A DNA stretch of 64,000 bases from a virus: the IMG/VR virus record IMGVR_UViG_3300042309_002578, positions 74,384 through 138,383 of that record; one strand, 5' to 3'. The notes under the pieces were generated by a model. The model saw only the letters and a list, made by a program, of their open reading frames with translations, searched no databases and was not told where the DNA came from. The translations under genes and the position numbers were made by a program. Positions 41,480 through 51,698 of the stretch are shown here, one piece after another; the stretch's first letter is position 1, and each line of letters begins with the position of its first letter.

Positions 41480-41870
41480 ATATTACTATGGTTAACAAAT
41501 AAAGTCAAGCGCATTTTTAATTTATTTTTATATTACAAACGTATTACAGAAATTTTGGATATAGGTGCGTACTTGCATAATTTTTTGATTTTAATCAAAA
41601 ATAAAATTGGGAAGATGATCACTTTCTTATAGGAAACTGCCCTTTTTTCTTTGTATCTTCCCTTTACTTTTGACACGCCTTATGTTATAATCCGCCACAG
41701 ATTTTTTAACGAGAGAATGCGGGTTTGAGGCGTGTTACAAGATTTTGATTTTGGCGACATTGGTCTAGGTTGAGAACGAATGCCTGTCTGGCAGTTTTGG
41801 AAAAGGCTGTGGGGGGAATATCCTTAAAACACCAAAGCCTTGCTACGTGGGGATTACAATATGTTTTTAT
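41480..41870 (-). repeat. Inverted copy of the 7187-7460 block plus one degenerate 158-bp unit
   Basis: Reverse complement reads AAAAACATATTGTAATCCCCACGTAGCAAGGC..AAATCAAAATCTTGTAACACGCC..TTGACTTTATTTGTTAACCATAG. Confidence 0.9.
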
Positions 41871-41885
41871 TGCAACATTACGTTA

Positions 41886-42377
41886 TTAAAATGAGTTAGA
41901 CCATTTGAGTAGTCTTTGCCATTTTTGATCCGTCGTATGACCATCCCATTGTCCAAAATATTTAGGTAAAAAGAAGAACATCTCCACCTCTGTATTGTGA
42001 ATATGAAAACTGACTTGCCCGGTAGGCAATTCGATGTAAATAACATTCATCCATTCATCCTCCCAATCTTCACCTTCGTGCTTTCCAATCGCAGCGGTTA
42101 GCCCTTTTTGTAAAGCAAGGTGGCATAAAGTCAAGAGCATTTTATCTCTTTCAGAGTATGCCAAGTTTTTTGATTCAATGGCATCTTGTGTTGATTTTGT
42201 GTGGGGATGGTAATATTCGGAATTAATTATTTTTTCGCAGCCATAGGTGTGGCGCATTTCTTTAGATGAAACCTTTCTCCATCCAATATGGTTTGATGCC
42301 GTATTGCGAACTAAAATCCATTCTTCACCACGAAGTCGGCGATACCAATTAAATTCTGAAAAAAGTAAATCAAGCAT
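41886..42377 (-). CDS. WDGH-domain protein
   Basis: AYSERD, YIELPTGQVSFH and WDGHTT motifs. Confidence 0.75.
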   Translation of the reverse strand: MLDLLFSEFNWYRRLRGEEWILVRNTASNHIGWRKVSSKEMRHTYGCEKIINSEYYHPHTKSTQDAIESKNLAYSERDKMLLTLCHLALQKGLTAAIGKHEGEDWEDEWMNVIYIELPTGQVSFHIHNTEVEMFFFLPKYFGQWDGHTTDQKWQRLLKWSNSF

Positions 42378-42489
42378 AATATATTAGTGTTTTTTTAATT
42401 ATACACCTCGCAAATATTGTTGTCTATACTATTAATTTGTGTGATGCAATATTGTTGTAGTTAACTAAATTTTTGCAATATTGCCAACT

Positions 42490-43029
42490 ATGGATAAAAT
42501 AAATCCAGAATCAAATTTTCACCACAATGAAGATAGAGTAGATCCATCAAGACTGGGAAATATTATATATTTTACTGGGGAAATAACAGAAACTAGCTCT
42601 TACAAATTTATTTATCTCGAAGGAGAAAAAAGTAAAACATCAGATAAAGACTGTGCTATTCGCATTAATAGCGTTGGTGGTAGTTGCACATCTGGATTGT
42701 TAATGTACGATGCGCTGCGTAGTAGCTCTATTGATATATCTATCATTGCTTCTGGTTTTATTGCAAGTAGCGCAACAATTGTTTTGTTGGGTGCAGAAAA
42801 ACGCTTTTGTACACAAAACACTAACTTTTTAGTTCATCCTGTGCCTTCTTTTATGTTTGGCAGACTACCAGACGTGAAAAATCAATTAGCTTACGGTGAA
42901 ATATTGGAAAGCCAGTTTGTCAATATATATCAAAAACATACGAAAATCACCAAAGAGATGATGCAGCAAGAAACATATTTTGATTCAGAGAAAGCGTTAA
43001 ATCTACAATTAATTTCAAAAATAATTTAG
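42490..43029 (+). CDS. ClpP-like serine protease
   Basis: INSVGG, MYDAL, GFIASSAT (catalytic Ser), FLVHP (His), ETYF..KAL. Confidence 0.85.
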   Translation: MDKINPESNFHHNEDRVDPSRLGNIIYFTGEITETSSYKFIYLEGEKSKTSDKDCAIRINSVGGSCTSGLLMYDALRSSSIDISIIASGFIASSATIVLLGAEKRFCTQNTNFLVHPVPSFMFGRLPDVKNQLAYGEILESQFVNIYQKHTKITKEMMQQETYFDSEKALNLQLISKII

Positions 43030-43082
43030 TTTTTGTTTTAAATTGTACTAAAATGATATTTGCCTGGATAGATGTTGTTGTT

Positions 43083-43117
43083 AAAAAAGGATGCCACAAC
43101 TAAAGGCATCCTTTTTT
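43083..43117. terminator. Bidirectional terminator
   Basis: AAAAAAGGATGCC..GGCATCCTTTTTT between convergent genes. Confidence 0.8.
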
Positions 43118-44531
43118 ATGCCGGCGCATCTGCATTAGTCTCGACATTTTCTGTGTCTACCGCACTGCCTTCTTCATTTGTGGTCTGTTCTGTAGTGTCT
43201 TGTTCTTGGGAATCTTCTGTCCCGAACTGATCTAAGATAGTTTCTTCTTTTTGGAATGACCAACCCTTACCAAACGTCTTTTCTATTAGTTCTGGCTCTG
43301 GTGTTAGTCCAACTTGATTAATCATTACATTCCACCAGTCAGCTTTTGCTTTTAGCACCGTAATTTTGTGCGTTTCTTCTGCTTGCCTCTCCTCCTCCTG
43401 TTTCCTCTCTTCTTCTTTTGCGCTTCTGGTAATTTCCTTTTTAATTTCTTCGTTTGTTGTCCAGATTCTTATATCTGGGGAATTTGAGCCAGGATAATTA
43501 TATTCTTTAACTTTTTTCCAAATATTTTTAGTAAGACAATCATTCAGCAAGATGCAGTGTGCATCTATTACATTAGACTCTCTGTCATCATTTTGTGATA
43601 CTTGTGCATTGTAACTCCCGTGATCTGTAGCTGAAAGTGGCACTTCACTAAGCGCAGCCTTAGATATTTCTTTTGATGCTAGTTCTATAAGGTATTCAGA
43701 ATTTGTTAAAACCTCTTGTGGGAAAAGACTCTCTGCTTTATATCCTGGTGGACCAGTAAAATATCCATTGGGGGAAACGAGTCTTAAAAAGTTGCACCAT
43801 TTTACAAATCGTGGATCATTCTCTGCTACGCCTTCAGGGTTCTCGCCAACAATGGGTGGCGAACCAACTCTACCTGTTTGACGAATTATGTTATCTCTAG
43901 CCGCATTTTTTGTAATCCACCAAGGGTAAAATCTCCATCCAAGCCCAAGCCCGTATGGATAATACGAAGAGCCAAATGAATAAACAATAACGTCTCCATC
44001 TAGCAATCTTTCTCCTGTGACTGGCCTACGTTTTGTTAGTATTCTGATTTCATAACCCATGTGGGTTGCTATTTTTGTGTTTTTTTTAATTGGGCGATCG
44101 CTCTTATATATTGGAATGTCTTTGTTTGGGTTGGTGTTTGGCTGTACAAATATAAACCTCCACCAGGGTATAGACACAAATTCTGGATAAAGAACTGAGT
44201 CCTCATTTACCCACTCTTTTACACATAAAAATGCTACACCTATATAATGTGCATCTAGCAAGTCTGAACAAATTTTTGAATAATTAATTTTAGATAATAT
44301 TTTTTTTGCTATTTCTGCATTGTCCTTGTCTTTTTGGTCGTCGCTAAACGAATCTACTAATACTTGTCTGCCTGTTATAGTATTGTTAAGCTTGTTTAGT
44401 GTGCTTAGTATATGACAATCTCTTCGCATCTCTTCGTAATTTATTCTTAGGGAGATGTCCTGGGAATGAAGTAGCAAGGACGGGAAATAACCTGGATCGT
44501 CAGATGGTAATATTATTGGAGTTTGGTACAT
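43116..44531 (-). CDS. Portal protein (Mu gp29/DUF935-like)
   Basis: YEEMRRD.HI, DLLDA..G, PYGLGL..YP, EISKA.L, GSYNA; adjacent to head genes. Confidence 0.85.
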   Translation of the reverse strand: MYQTPIILPSDDPGYFPSLLLHSQDISLRINYEEMRRDCHILSTLNKLNNTITGRQVLVDSFSDDQKDKDNAEIAKKILSKINYSKICSDLLDAHYIGVAFLCVKEWVNEDSVLYPEFVSIPWWRFIFVQPNTNPNKDIPIYKSDRPIKKNTKIATHMGYEIRILTKRRPVTGERLLDGDVIVYSFGSSYYPYGLGLGWRFYPWWITKNAARDNIIRQTGRVGSPPIVGENPEGVAENDPRFVKWCNFLRLVSPNGYFTGPPGYKAESLFPQEVLTNSEYLIELASKEISKAALSEVPLSATDHGSYNAQVSQNDDRESNVIDAHCILLNDCLTKNIWKKVKEYNYPGSNSPDIRIWTTNEEIKKEITRSAKEEERKQEEERQAEETHKITVLKAKADWWNVMINQVGLTPEPELIEKTFGKGWSFQKEETILDQFGTEDSQEQDTTEQTTNEEGSAVDTENVETNADAPA

Positions 44532-44641
44532 ATTGCAAAAAATATTTTCTGTTTAAAAATATCATTACATCAATTAATGACAAATTATTGCTATGTGTGA
44601 TATAAAGAGAAAATAAATTCTAATTATAGTAGCATTTAACA

Positions 44642-46264
44642 ATGCAAACCTCACAAACATTAGATAAAAAAGCGCAACAAGAAGAATATCAAATAGAGAT
44701 ATTTGAGTCCGGTTCACACTTATCCGGAAATCACATCTCTAGGAATTATTCACGAGGCGATCTGCAAGATGTCGTTGACTCTTATGATCCGACATACTTC
44801 AAAGCTCCGCTTATATTTAACTACTACGCTGAAGACCCGCATTCCCCTATGGGATATAGCGACAGAGAGCTAGTAAAATCTCCGTTTGCGTTTGGATATC
44901 CTGAAAAATTATCTTTAAATGGGCAGAGACTTGTAGCTCATTTTAAAAATATCGCACCAGAATTTGTTGAAATGGTCAAAGAGCATAAAATCTTGGCTGT
45001 GTCTGCCAGTTTTTATCCAGAAAACAACCCATTTAATCCCACTCCAGGCAAACTTAGCTTGAGGCACGTTGCAGGTCTTGGTAGTGAGCCACCAGCCGTA
45101 AAAGGAATGCCTCTTGAGTTTAGCGAAGACTCGGATCTTTTGAGTTTTTCTAATTTTGCGGAGCATTCCTATGAACCATGCGAAGAAGAGACGCTTGACT
45201 ATAACTGCGCCTGTGACAAACTTAATTTATCTTTGCCTCCATTGCTGAATTTAATGACCAGGCAGAGAGAGCTTTTAATTGAGAGAATGGGTATAGATGA
45301 GGCTGACAAATATTTACCAAGGCTTTTGATTGACTCTTTGTCTGTTGCTCTTTCTGAGGATGAAGAATCTAGCGAGGATGAAGAATTCAGGGAGGAAGAT
45401 TCCTTGGGTGAAGATCCAGAAGATTCTCCACCTCCTGTGATTGATTCTGGGGCTATTTCTGATGTGTACTCGATATTGGTTGACCACACAGAAAAAGTCG
45501 CTGCTATATCTAACGGATTAAAGTATTCAATGAGTCAGATAATAGGAGTTAAGGGAGGATTAGACTCTTTGAACTCTGATTTTGAGTCTTTGGTTGATAT
45601 AGTAGATCAATCGTTTGAACAACTAAATAATCGTGTAGAATCTTTAATAGAGTTAGTATCAAGTTTATTCACAATAACTGAAGCTAAACAAAACGAAGTC
45701 AATAATTATCAGCCAGATATTAACGACAATTTGTCTAGTGGTTATTATCACCCTTATGTAGCCCCAAGTCCATCTGAAACTTTAGGATATAGCAAAGAAA
45801 TGACAACTCAAACCGGAGCTTTAGAATCTACTGTTGCTGCTCTAAAGTTAGAGCGAGATCAAGAAAAAAGAAAGAACTATGTTCGCAGTTTAATGAATTT
45901 TATGGAGACTCAGTGCAACGTACACCATAGGATTTTGCCAGCACAATTAGAAGAAGAAAAAGCATTTGTTTTAAGCTTGCTTGAATCTCAAGAAAAAGAG
46001 CCTATTGAATTTAGCGAAAACGCTGTTCTGCCTATCATTGAAAAATTCAAGAAAAATATTCAAAATCGCCAAGCAGTTTGGACACCAGAGCCAAGTGTTG
46101 TGATTGACAACGAAGATATTGTTCCTCGGAATTATTCTGAGGCAGAACTTTCTGCAAAAGCTCGACAACTAAAAGAGCAATACAAGAAGAAAGGTAAAAC
46201 AATCTCGTTGCACGAGGCTATTGATATGGTTGCTGGTGGAGAAATGCCGGAGTCAGAAGAATAA
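44642..46264 (+). CDS. Prohead protease/scaffold (Mu gpI-like)
   Basis: IEIF.SG.H, YDP...APL, VSASFY, LRHVAGLG..PPAVKGM; acidic scaffold region. Confidence 0.88.
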   Translation: MQTSQTLDKKAQQEEYQIEIFESGSHLSGNHISRNYSRGDLQDVVDSYDPTYFKAPLIFNYYAEDPHSPMGYSDRELVKSPFAFGYPEKLSLNGQRLVAHFKNIAPEFVEMVKEHKILAVSASFYPENNPFNPTPGKLSLRHVAGLGSEPPAVKGMPLEFSEDSDLLSFSNFAEHSYEPCEEETLDYNCACDKLNLSLPPLLNLMTRQRELLIERMGIDEADKYLPRLLIDSLSVALSEDEESSEDEEFREEDSLGEDPEDSPPPVIDSGAISDVYSILVDHTEKVAAISNGLKYSMSQIIGVKGGLDSLNSDFESLVDIVDQSFEQLNNRVESLIELVSSLFTITEAKQNEVNNYQPDINDNLSSGYYHPYVAPSPSETLGYSKEMTTQTGALESTVAALKLERDQEKRKNYVRSLMNFMETQCNVHHRILPAQLEEEKAFVLSLLESQEKEPIEFSENAVLPIIEKFKKNIQNRQAVWTPEPSVVIDNEDIVPRNYSEAELSAKARQLKEQYKKKGKTISLHEAIDMVAGGEMPESEE

Positions 46265-46332
46265 AAAGATTTTGGCATAGTGTTTCTTGTTCTCTCGTCT
46301 TGTTGAAAATTTATTTAATTTGGTTGAAAATT

Positions 46333-47136
46333 ATGGCAGCAGATAGAATTGACAGTCTAATTATTAGTCGCCGAGCTAGTGGCGCAATAACCCCAAATCG
46401 TATTCTTAGGTTTGACCCTGCGAATCAGTCTGCTGTTTTACAGGCAACATCTGCAAAAGATGTGTTGGTTGGTGTTTCTTATTTTATGGGTAGATCGTAC
46501 AGACGATATCAATATAACTCACAGAGTGATTTTGTTCCAAGTAGCACACCTGGAGATATTAGCATACGTGGTGATGCTCCGCCAGATGCAATAATTGGGG
46601 ACATGATTGATGTTGTGTGTGGTGGTGTTGCGCCTGTCGAATTTGGTAGCACCGTCACAATCGGACAGTGGGTAACTTCAGATGCTTTAGGTAGAGCAGT
46701 TCCTGCATATTATGGTGCAAGCGTTGTTGGTGTCGCAACAACAGGCGGAACTGTTGGGTCACTTGGCAGTATTATAGTTGCGGCTGGTTCTGCATACACT
46801 AACGCATCAGTTCCTTCAACTCTCATTGATGCTGCAACGATTGTCATTGACTCTGCTGTTGCCTCTGATTTCAATGTTATTCTTGCTGGGAATAGAACTT
46901 TAGGTGTCCCTGCAAACCCCATAAACGGGGCAGAAATCAGGCTCTTTATCAAGCAAGATGCAACAGGATCAAGAACTCTTACACTGCCAACTGGTGCTGG
47001 TGGGTTTACACTTGGTGCTGATATTGCAAATACAACGTTGTCTACCGCAGCAAACGCTACAGATTTTATATCTGCAAGATACAGTTCTGTTGTTGGGAAG
47101 TGGCTTGTCACCAACTTCAAGAAAGGTTACGTCTAA
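46333..47136 (+). CDS. Capsid decoration/cement protein (DUF2190-like) with extra C-terminal domain
   Basis: GD.IDVV.GGVA.VE.G.TVT.GQWVTSDA.GRAV; lies between protease and capsid. Confidence 0.8.
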   Translation: MAADRIDSLIISRRASGAITPNRILRFDPANQSAVLQATSAKDVLVGVSYFMGRSYRRYQYNSQSDFVPSSTPGDISIRGDAPPDAIIGDMIDVVCGGVAPVEFGSTVTIGQWVTSDALGRAVPAYYGASVVGVATTGGTVGSLGSIIVAAGSAYTNASVPSTLIDAATIVIDSAVASDFNVILAGNRTLGVPANPINGAEIRLFIKQDATGSRTLTLPTGAGGFTLGADIANTTLSTAANATDFISARYSSVVGKWLVTNFKKGYV

Positions 47137-47195
47137 AATTTAAAGACGCTTTCATCTTTTTCTAATTTTCTATTTATTTACCAAGGATTAAATTT

Positions 47196-48170
47196 ATGGC
47201 CATTTCCCCAGGACAGATCGTATTACCAGGAAATTATAGCCCAGACAGCCGATTGCAAGCGATCGCAATCGGCTATGTTCCTGGTGAAGATGACGGTGAA
47301 GAACTTATTCATGAACTTGTTTTCCCAACAGTTGACCTGAAAGGAAAAAAAGATTACGAGTACCAAAAATATAGAATTTCCGATGCTTTTGATGTGCCTA
47401 GCACAGAAGTTTCTAGACTTGGTACAGTGAATAGGATTGAATTTGGTTATGACGTTGTTACCAGCACCACCAAAGATTACGGTCTTGAGGATGCTATTCC
47501 CAAGAAAGAGTATGAAAACTCAAATGGGGTCACGACTGGACCAGTTGGAGAACAACTGATGCGGTTGGTGAAAATGGATCGTGAACAACGAGCAGCCAGA
47601 ATTGCATTTAATCCCAACACCTATTCCCCATCTCAAGTTGTTGCACTTTCCGGGACTTCGCAATTTACAGACAAAGTAAATAGCGATCCTATTTCTGTAA
47701 TAACTGGTGCCTTAGATGGGATGCTTGCCACTGCAAACACTATGATAATTGGGCGTGGTGCTGCAACTGCTTTGTTGACTCATCCTCAAATAGTTGCAAG
47801 TTACCAAGCCAGTTCTGGATTAGGCAGTAAGCAGGGTGGTATTATCCCAGCAAGTTATTTAAGTTCTTTGTTTCCACAAATTAAAAAGGTGGGAATAGGG
47901 GCAGCATTCATAAATACTGGTTCCTCGTCCAGAGGAAGTGTGAATTTGCGTCGGATGTGGGGGAACAACATCGCTCTCCTAAGAAATGAAACTGTTAAGT
48001 TACCATATTCCAGAACTTTCGGTTTTACTGCTTATACTGGTGCGGTGTCTGGCGTTTATTTTGACAAGAGTGTTGGGCTTGAAGGTGGTTATGTCGTAAG
48101 AATGGGTGAGCAACTCGAAGAAGTAGTTGCTGAACCAGCTTATGGCTACTTAATTCAAAACGTAGCGTAA
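47196..48170 (+). CDS. Major capsid protein
   Basis: 324 aa, L..IAIGY, FPTV, E.R.A, SDPI, GYLIQN; canonical position. Confidence 0.88.
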   Translation: MAISPGQIVLPGNYSPDSRLQAIAIGYVPGEDDGEELIHELVFPTVDLKGKKDYEYQKYRISDAFDVPSTEVSRLGTVNRIEFGYDVVTSTTKDYGLEDAIPKKEYENSNGVTTGPVGEQLMRLVKMDREQRAARIAFNPNTYSPSQVVALSGTSQFTDKVNSDPISVITGALDGMLATANTMIIGRGAATALLTHPQIVASYQASSGLGSKQGGIIPASYLSSLFPQIKKVGIGAAFINTGSSSRGSVNLRRMWGNNIALLRNETVKLPYSRTFGFTAYTGAVSGVYFDKSVGLEGGYVVRMGEQLEEVVAEPAYGYLIQNVA

Positions 48171-48207
48171 TCAATCCGCTGCTAATTAGCAAAATTATTG
48201 GAGTATT

Positions 48208-48663
48208 ATGTCTCAATTCTATAAAGTAGTTCGTGGACGAGTGATACACGACGGCGAAGCGAAAAACGTCGGTGACTTTATTTTCGCTTCGCCAAAAGAA
48301 ATGGAGGGTATTGCTGGCGTTGGCAGTGTTGTACGAGTTGAGCAAGGTGAAGTTTCATTCTCGTTTTTACAAGAAAATGGACTACTTCCTGCTACTCTCC
48401 CAACTGTTGTTTCTAAACCTGAAATACCGACAATCCCAACTGTTGTTTCTAAACCTGAAATACCGACAATCCCAACTGTTGTTTCTAAACCCGAAATACC
48501 GACAATCCCAACTGTTGTTTCTAAACCCGAAACTCCCGAAGCACCTACAATCCCCCCTGTTATTTCAGATATAAACGAGCCTGATCTTGGTTTGTCTCTT
48601 GGGATTGATCCAGTTGTCAAAACGGAAGCAGTCGGAAAAAGAAATCGCAGCGCAACAGCTTAG
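48208..48663 (+). CDS. Small head-associated protein with Pro-rich 12-aa repeats
   Basis: YKV..VIHDG...VGD N-terminus; PTVVSKPEIPTI x3 (36-bp unit). Confidence 0.7.
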   Translation: MSQFYKVVRGRVIHDGEAKNVGDFIFASPKEMEGIAGVGSVVRVEQGEVSFSFLQENGLLPATLPTVVSKPEIPTIPTVVSKPEIPTIPTVVSKPEIPTIPTVVSKPETPEAPTIPPVISDINEPDLGLSLGIDPVVKTEAVGKRNRSATA

Positions 48664-48695
48664 TAGCAATGCCACTTTAGAGTGGCATTAAAAAA

Positions 48696-49130
48696 ATGTC
48701 ATACGCCACCCCACAAGAGTTTATAGCTTCATTTCCTCCTACTGAATCACAAGAATTAAGTAACCTAGATGGATTCTCTACGTCTTCGCCAAATTTAGAC
48801 ACACAAAGAATTCAGCTTGCTCTTGATAAAGCACAGGGAGAGATTAATTCATATTTAGCAGCAAGGGGTGAAGTATTCCCTTTTATTGATGTATCTGGTA
48901 GATTACGAGATATTGAAATAATAATAGCGAGAAAAAATCTAAATTCATATTCTTGGGAAGAAAACGATCCTAGATACAGAGACTATAAAGATGTTCTTGA
49001 GTGGCTTAAAAACTACTCAAAAGGGATTGTTTCGTTGCCAAAAGTCGATGCTGGTAGCCCATCATCTGCCGTTGCCGTTTTTATTCCTCAGCCAAATTAT
49101 TTTGAATCTCGAATATTTTATGGTTTTTAA
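48696..49130 (+). CDS. Head-tail adaptor (Mu gp36/DUF1320)
   Basis: MSYAT, AL..A..EINSYL..R, YKD..EWLK..KG.VSL. Confidence 0.88.
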   Translation: MSYATPQEFIASFPPTESQELSNLDGFSTSSPNLDTQRIQLALDKAQGEINSYLAARGEVFPFIDVSGRLRDIEIIIARKNLNSYSWEENDPRYRDYKDVLEWLKNYSKGIVSLPKVDAGSPSSAVAVFIPQPNYFESRIFYGF

Positions 49131-49135
49131 AAATA

Positions 49136-49747
49136 ATGCTGATAAATCCATTGCTTGTAGAATTTGAAATAGAAAAAAGACTAAGGGCTTTTAATTTACC
49201 TGTCAGAATTAGGAGAACTCCTGCTGAAAACGCTAACGCTCCAGTAAACAAAACAGAACTCTGGGTTAGGTATGTTGATTCTGATTATGATGCAATAGCA
49301 AATGCAAACGATTTAACGGCAAAAAGTTATAATAGAAAAATGCTGTTTCATGTAATGACTGAAGTTGTTAGTTTGCAAAATCATGAAAGGGCGTTGACAT
49401 TACACAATAATGCGATCGCATTATTGACTGGGTGGCGACCAAAAATAAAAGTTGACTCAAATTCTACAAGCTGTGTAAATGGATTCGCAGATATTGTTAA
49501 GTGTTTTGACCCAATAAAGGATAGATTTGAAAGATATGCAGAGGGAAAATATCAATACAGACTTGATTTAACCATTACTGTTCCTCACTCTAGAATTGAA
49601 CAGGTTGACTTAACTCCTTTTAATTTGGACTGGACATACAATAATTATTATGCAGATCCTGGAAATCCAGTAAACGATATAGGAAGTCCAGAAAATTCCA
49701 TTAGTTTTACACAAATTGTCCCTGAAATTCACATAGGGCATGGCTAA
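49136..49747 (+). CDS. Tail terminator (Mu gp37-like)
   Basis: E.EI..RL, LLTGWRP; position between gp36-like and sheath. Confidence 0.7.
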   Translation: MLINPLLVEFEIEKRLRAFNLPVRIRRTPAENANAPVNKTELWVRYVDSDYDAIANANDLTAKSYNRKMLFHVMTEVVSLQNHERALTLHNNAIALLTGWRPKIKVDSNSTSCVNGFADIVKCFDPIKDRFERYAEGKYQYRLDLTITVPHSRIEQVDLTPFNLDWTYNNYYADPGNPVNDIGSPENSISFTQIVPEIHIGHG

Positions 49748-49779
49748 TATTAAATCGCCACGAAAAGGAAATAAATAAA

Positions 49780-51258
49780 ATGTCTATCAGAGTTTTACCT
49801 TCGCGTCCAGGTGTATATATATCCGAACAAAGTGCTGGGACCCCGCCAATTAGTACGGCCTTATTTCAGCGCACATACCTTCTTGGAACTTCAACACAGG
49901 GGACTTTAGAGCCTTTTCAGTTAGGAAGTTACGATGATTTTATAAATTACTTTGGCAACAGTGAAACAGTTACCAAGAACACAATTAACACATATTTACA
50001 AAATACAAAGTTGGGGTTGTTTTTTGTAAAAGTTCCAGTTGCTTACACATCAGAAGTTACTCTTAGTGCCAAAACTACTGGCACAATATACAGCTTTAAG
50101 ATTGGAGACATTACATTTACAAGAACCGCGACTGAAACCGACACAATTGATAAAATAATTGACTATTTTATTGATGCCATAAACAATAGTTATGCCATCA
50201 ATAATGAAGTAATGGGGCATCATTTAAAAGATTCGCTTGGTGCTAACGATTATTCAGATAGTTCATTCATTGTCAGATCAATAAATGAACAAATATTTAC
50301 AATTACCGATCTGTCTGAGTATACGTCTCCATCTCTTCCCTCAACCACGAATATAAATTATTGGGATTATGTTGGGGCGACACAAAGAATTGCAAACTCG
50401 TATAAAAACGAAAGACAAGGCTTTCTGGTCTGCCCAGAAGCATTTTATAACATAGAAAGTTTACCCCAAAGAAATATAGTCGCTAATTCTATGGAGGTTG
50501 CAGCCCGTAATTTGGGTTGGATGGCGTTTATTGATGCTGGCTCTCCAGATATTGTGACTAGACCAAGCCAATTAACCGCAGAATTTGAAAACGTTACGTC
50601 TCCCACTGGGAATACCGCAGCGTACTATCCTTGGTTGATAGACCTAAATGACAACCACGTCAGTTTAGCCGCTATGACCGCTGGATATGCCTTGCAAAGA
50701 TTTGAGAAAGAGGGGATACAACACCCACCTGCCGGGAATTCATACCCGTTTGTAAATGTTTCTGGTGCGGCATTTAAGTTGTCAGACCCACAAAGAGATT
50801 TTATGGCAGATATTCGCGTTAATCCGTGTATATTTCGCAGAGGATTTGGTTACGTCCCCTATGATGTAAAAACACTTTCATTAAATACAGATTTTCGATT
50901 TATAAACCACCGCGTTATTTTTTCTTGCATTGAAAGAACAATTTTTGACACCATAGAAAACAGTAATACGCTACTTAGGGCTAATGGTGGTGCTGGAGCG
51001 TTTTATTTAACGCTCCGAAACATAATAATAGACATCCTTGACACTTTTTATAATGCTGGTGCATTATATGGATTAACAGCAAGAGATGCCTATAATTGCC
51101 GATGTGATGCGGGTATTCAAACTTCTGAAGCACTTGAAAGAGGTGTTGTGACTGCGTTAATTTACATAGTTCCAGCAAGCACGGTGAGACAAATAGATGC
51201 TGTTGCTTACCGTGTGAAAATTGGTGGTATTGCCCAGGCTATTTTACAAACTCTATAA
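49780..51258 (+). CDS. Tail sheath protein
   Basis: RPGVYISE, AYYPWL, HPPAG, VNP, RFINHR, YNAGALYG...AY..RCD. Confidence 0.93.
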   Translation: MSIRVLPSRPGVYISEQSAGTPPISTALFQRTYLLGTSTQGTLEPFQLGSYDDFINYFGNSETVTKNTINTYLQNTKLGLFFVKVPVAYTSEVTLSAKTTGTIYSFKIGDITFTRTATETDTIDKIIDYFIDAINNSYAINNEVMGHHLKDSLGANDYSDSSFIVRSINEQIFTITDLSEYTSPSLPSTTNINYWDYVGATQRIANSYKNERQGFLVCPEAFYNIESLPQRNIVANSMEVAARNLGWMAFIDAGSPDIVTRPSQLTAEFENVTSPTGNTAAYYPWLIDLNDNHVSLAAMTAGYALQRFEKEGIQHPPAGNSYPFVNVSGAAFKLSDPQRDFMADIRVNPCIFRRGFGYVPYDVKTLSLNTDFRFINHRVIFSCIERTIFDTIENSNTLLRANGGAGAFYLTLRNIIIDILDTFYNAGALYGLTARDAYNCRCDAGIQTSEALERGVVTALIYIVPASTVRQIDAVAYRVKIGGIAQAILQTL

Positions 51259-51272
51259 TTTCGGTAATTTTT

Positions 51273-51689
51273 ATGTCAATTCAAAATGAGTCAGATTTTA
51301 TTGTTCAAATAGGGGGACCATTCCTCCAGTTAGCAGTCACAGAAAAGAGCGGGGGGGAGGTGTCGAGGGAAACAGCAAAATATCCAGACGCACTAAAGGA
51401 CAAAAGCTATTTCACCACCGGAAGGCGAATGATTAGTGACTTGGTTTTGCGTTTACCATACGATGCCGCTGATCATGAAATTTTGATTGAGGAAATTGAA
51501 AGCAGCTGTCAAGATCCATTTTCGATTGTTGTTCAAGCGGTAAAAAACTGCCCAGACGTAGAAAATTATGGTCCACCAGTTGTTTACAAAGGCTGCATTC
51601 TTTCTAAAATTAAGCGCCCAGATGTTAAGCGTGGTAGTGGTAGCGGAGTGGCAATGCTTGAACTTGAGTTTGCTGTTGGAGATTTATAA
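51273..51689 (+). CDS. Tail tube protein
   Basis: 138 aa directly after the sheath; SGGE, YKGC.L...PDV..GS..VAMLELE. Confidence 0.85.
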   Translation: MSIQNESDFIVQIGGPFLQLAVTEKSGGEVSRETAKYPDALKDKSYFTTGRRMISDLVLRLPYDAADHEILIEEIESSCQDPFSIVVQAVKNCPDVENYGPPVVYKGCILSKIKRPDVKRGSGSGVAMLELEFAVGDL

Positions 51690-51698
51690 GTAAATCAA

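Noticed and set aside
42490-43029. ClpP-like protein as the prohead protease
   Set aside because: A Mu gpI-like protease/scaffold sits directly before the capsid genes; the ClpP-like gene is a separate unit of unknown role.
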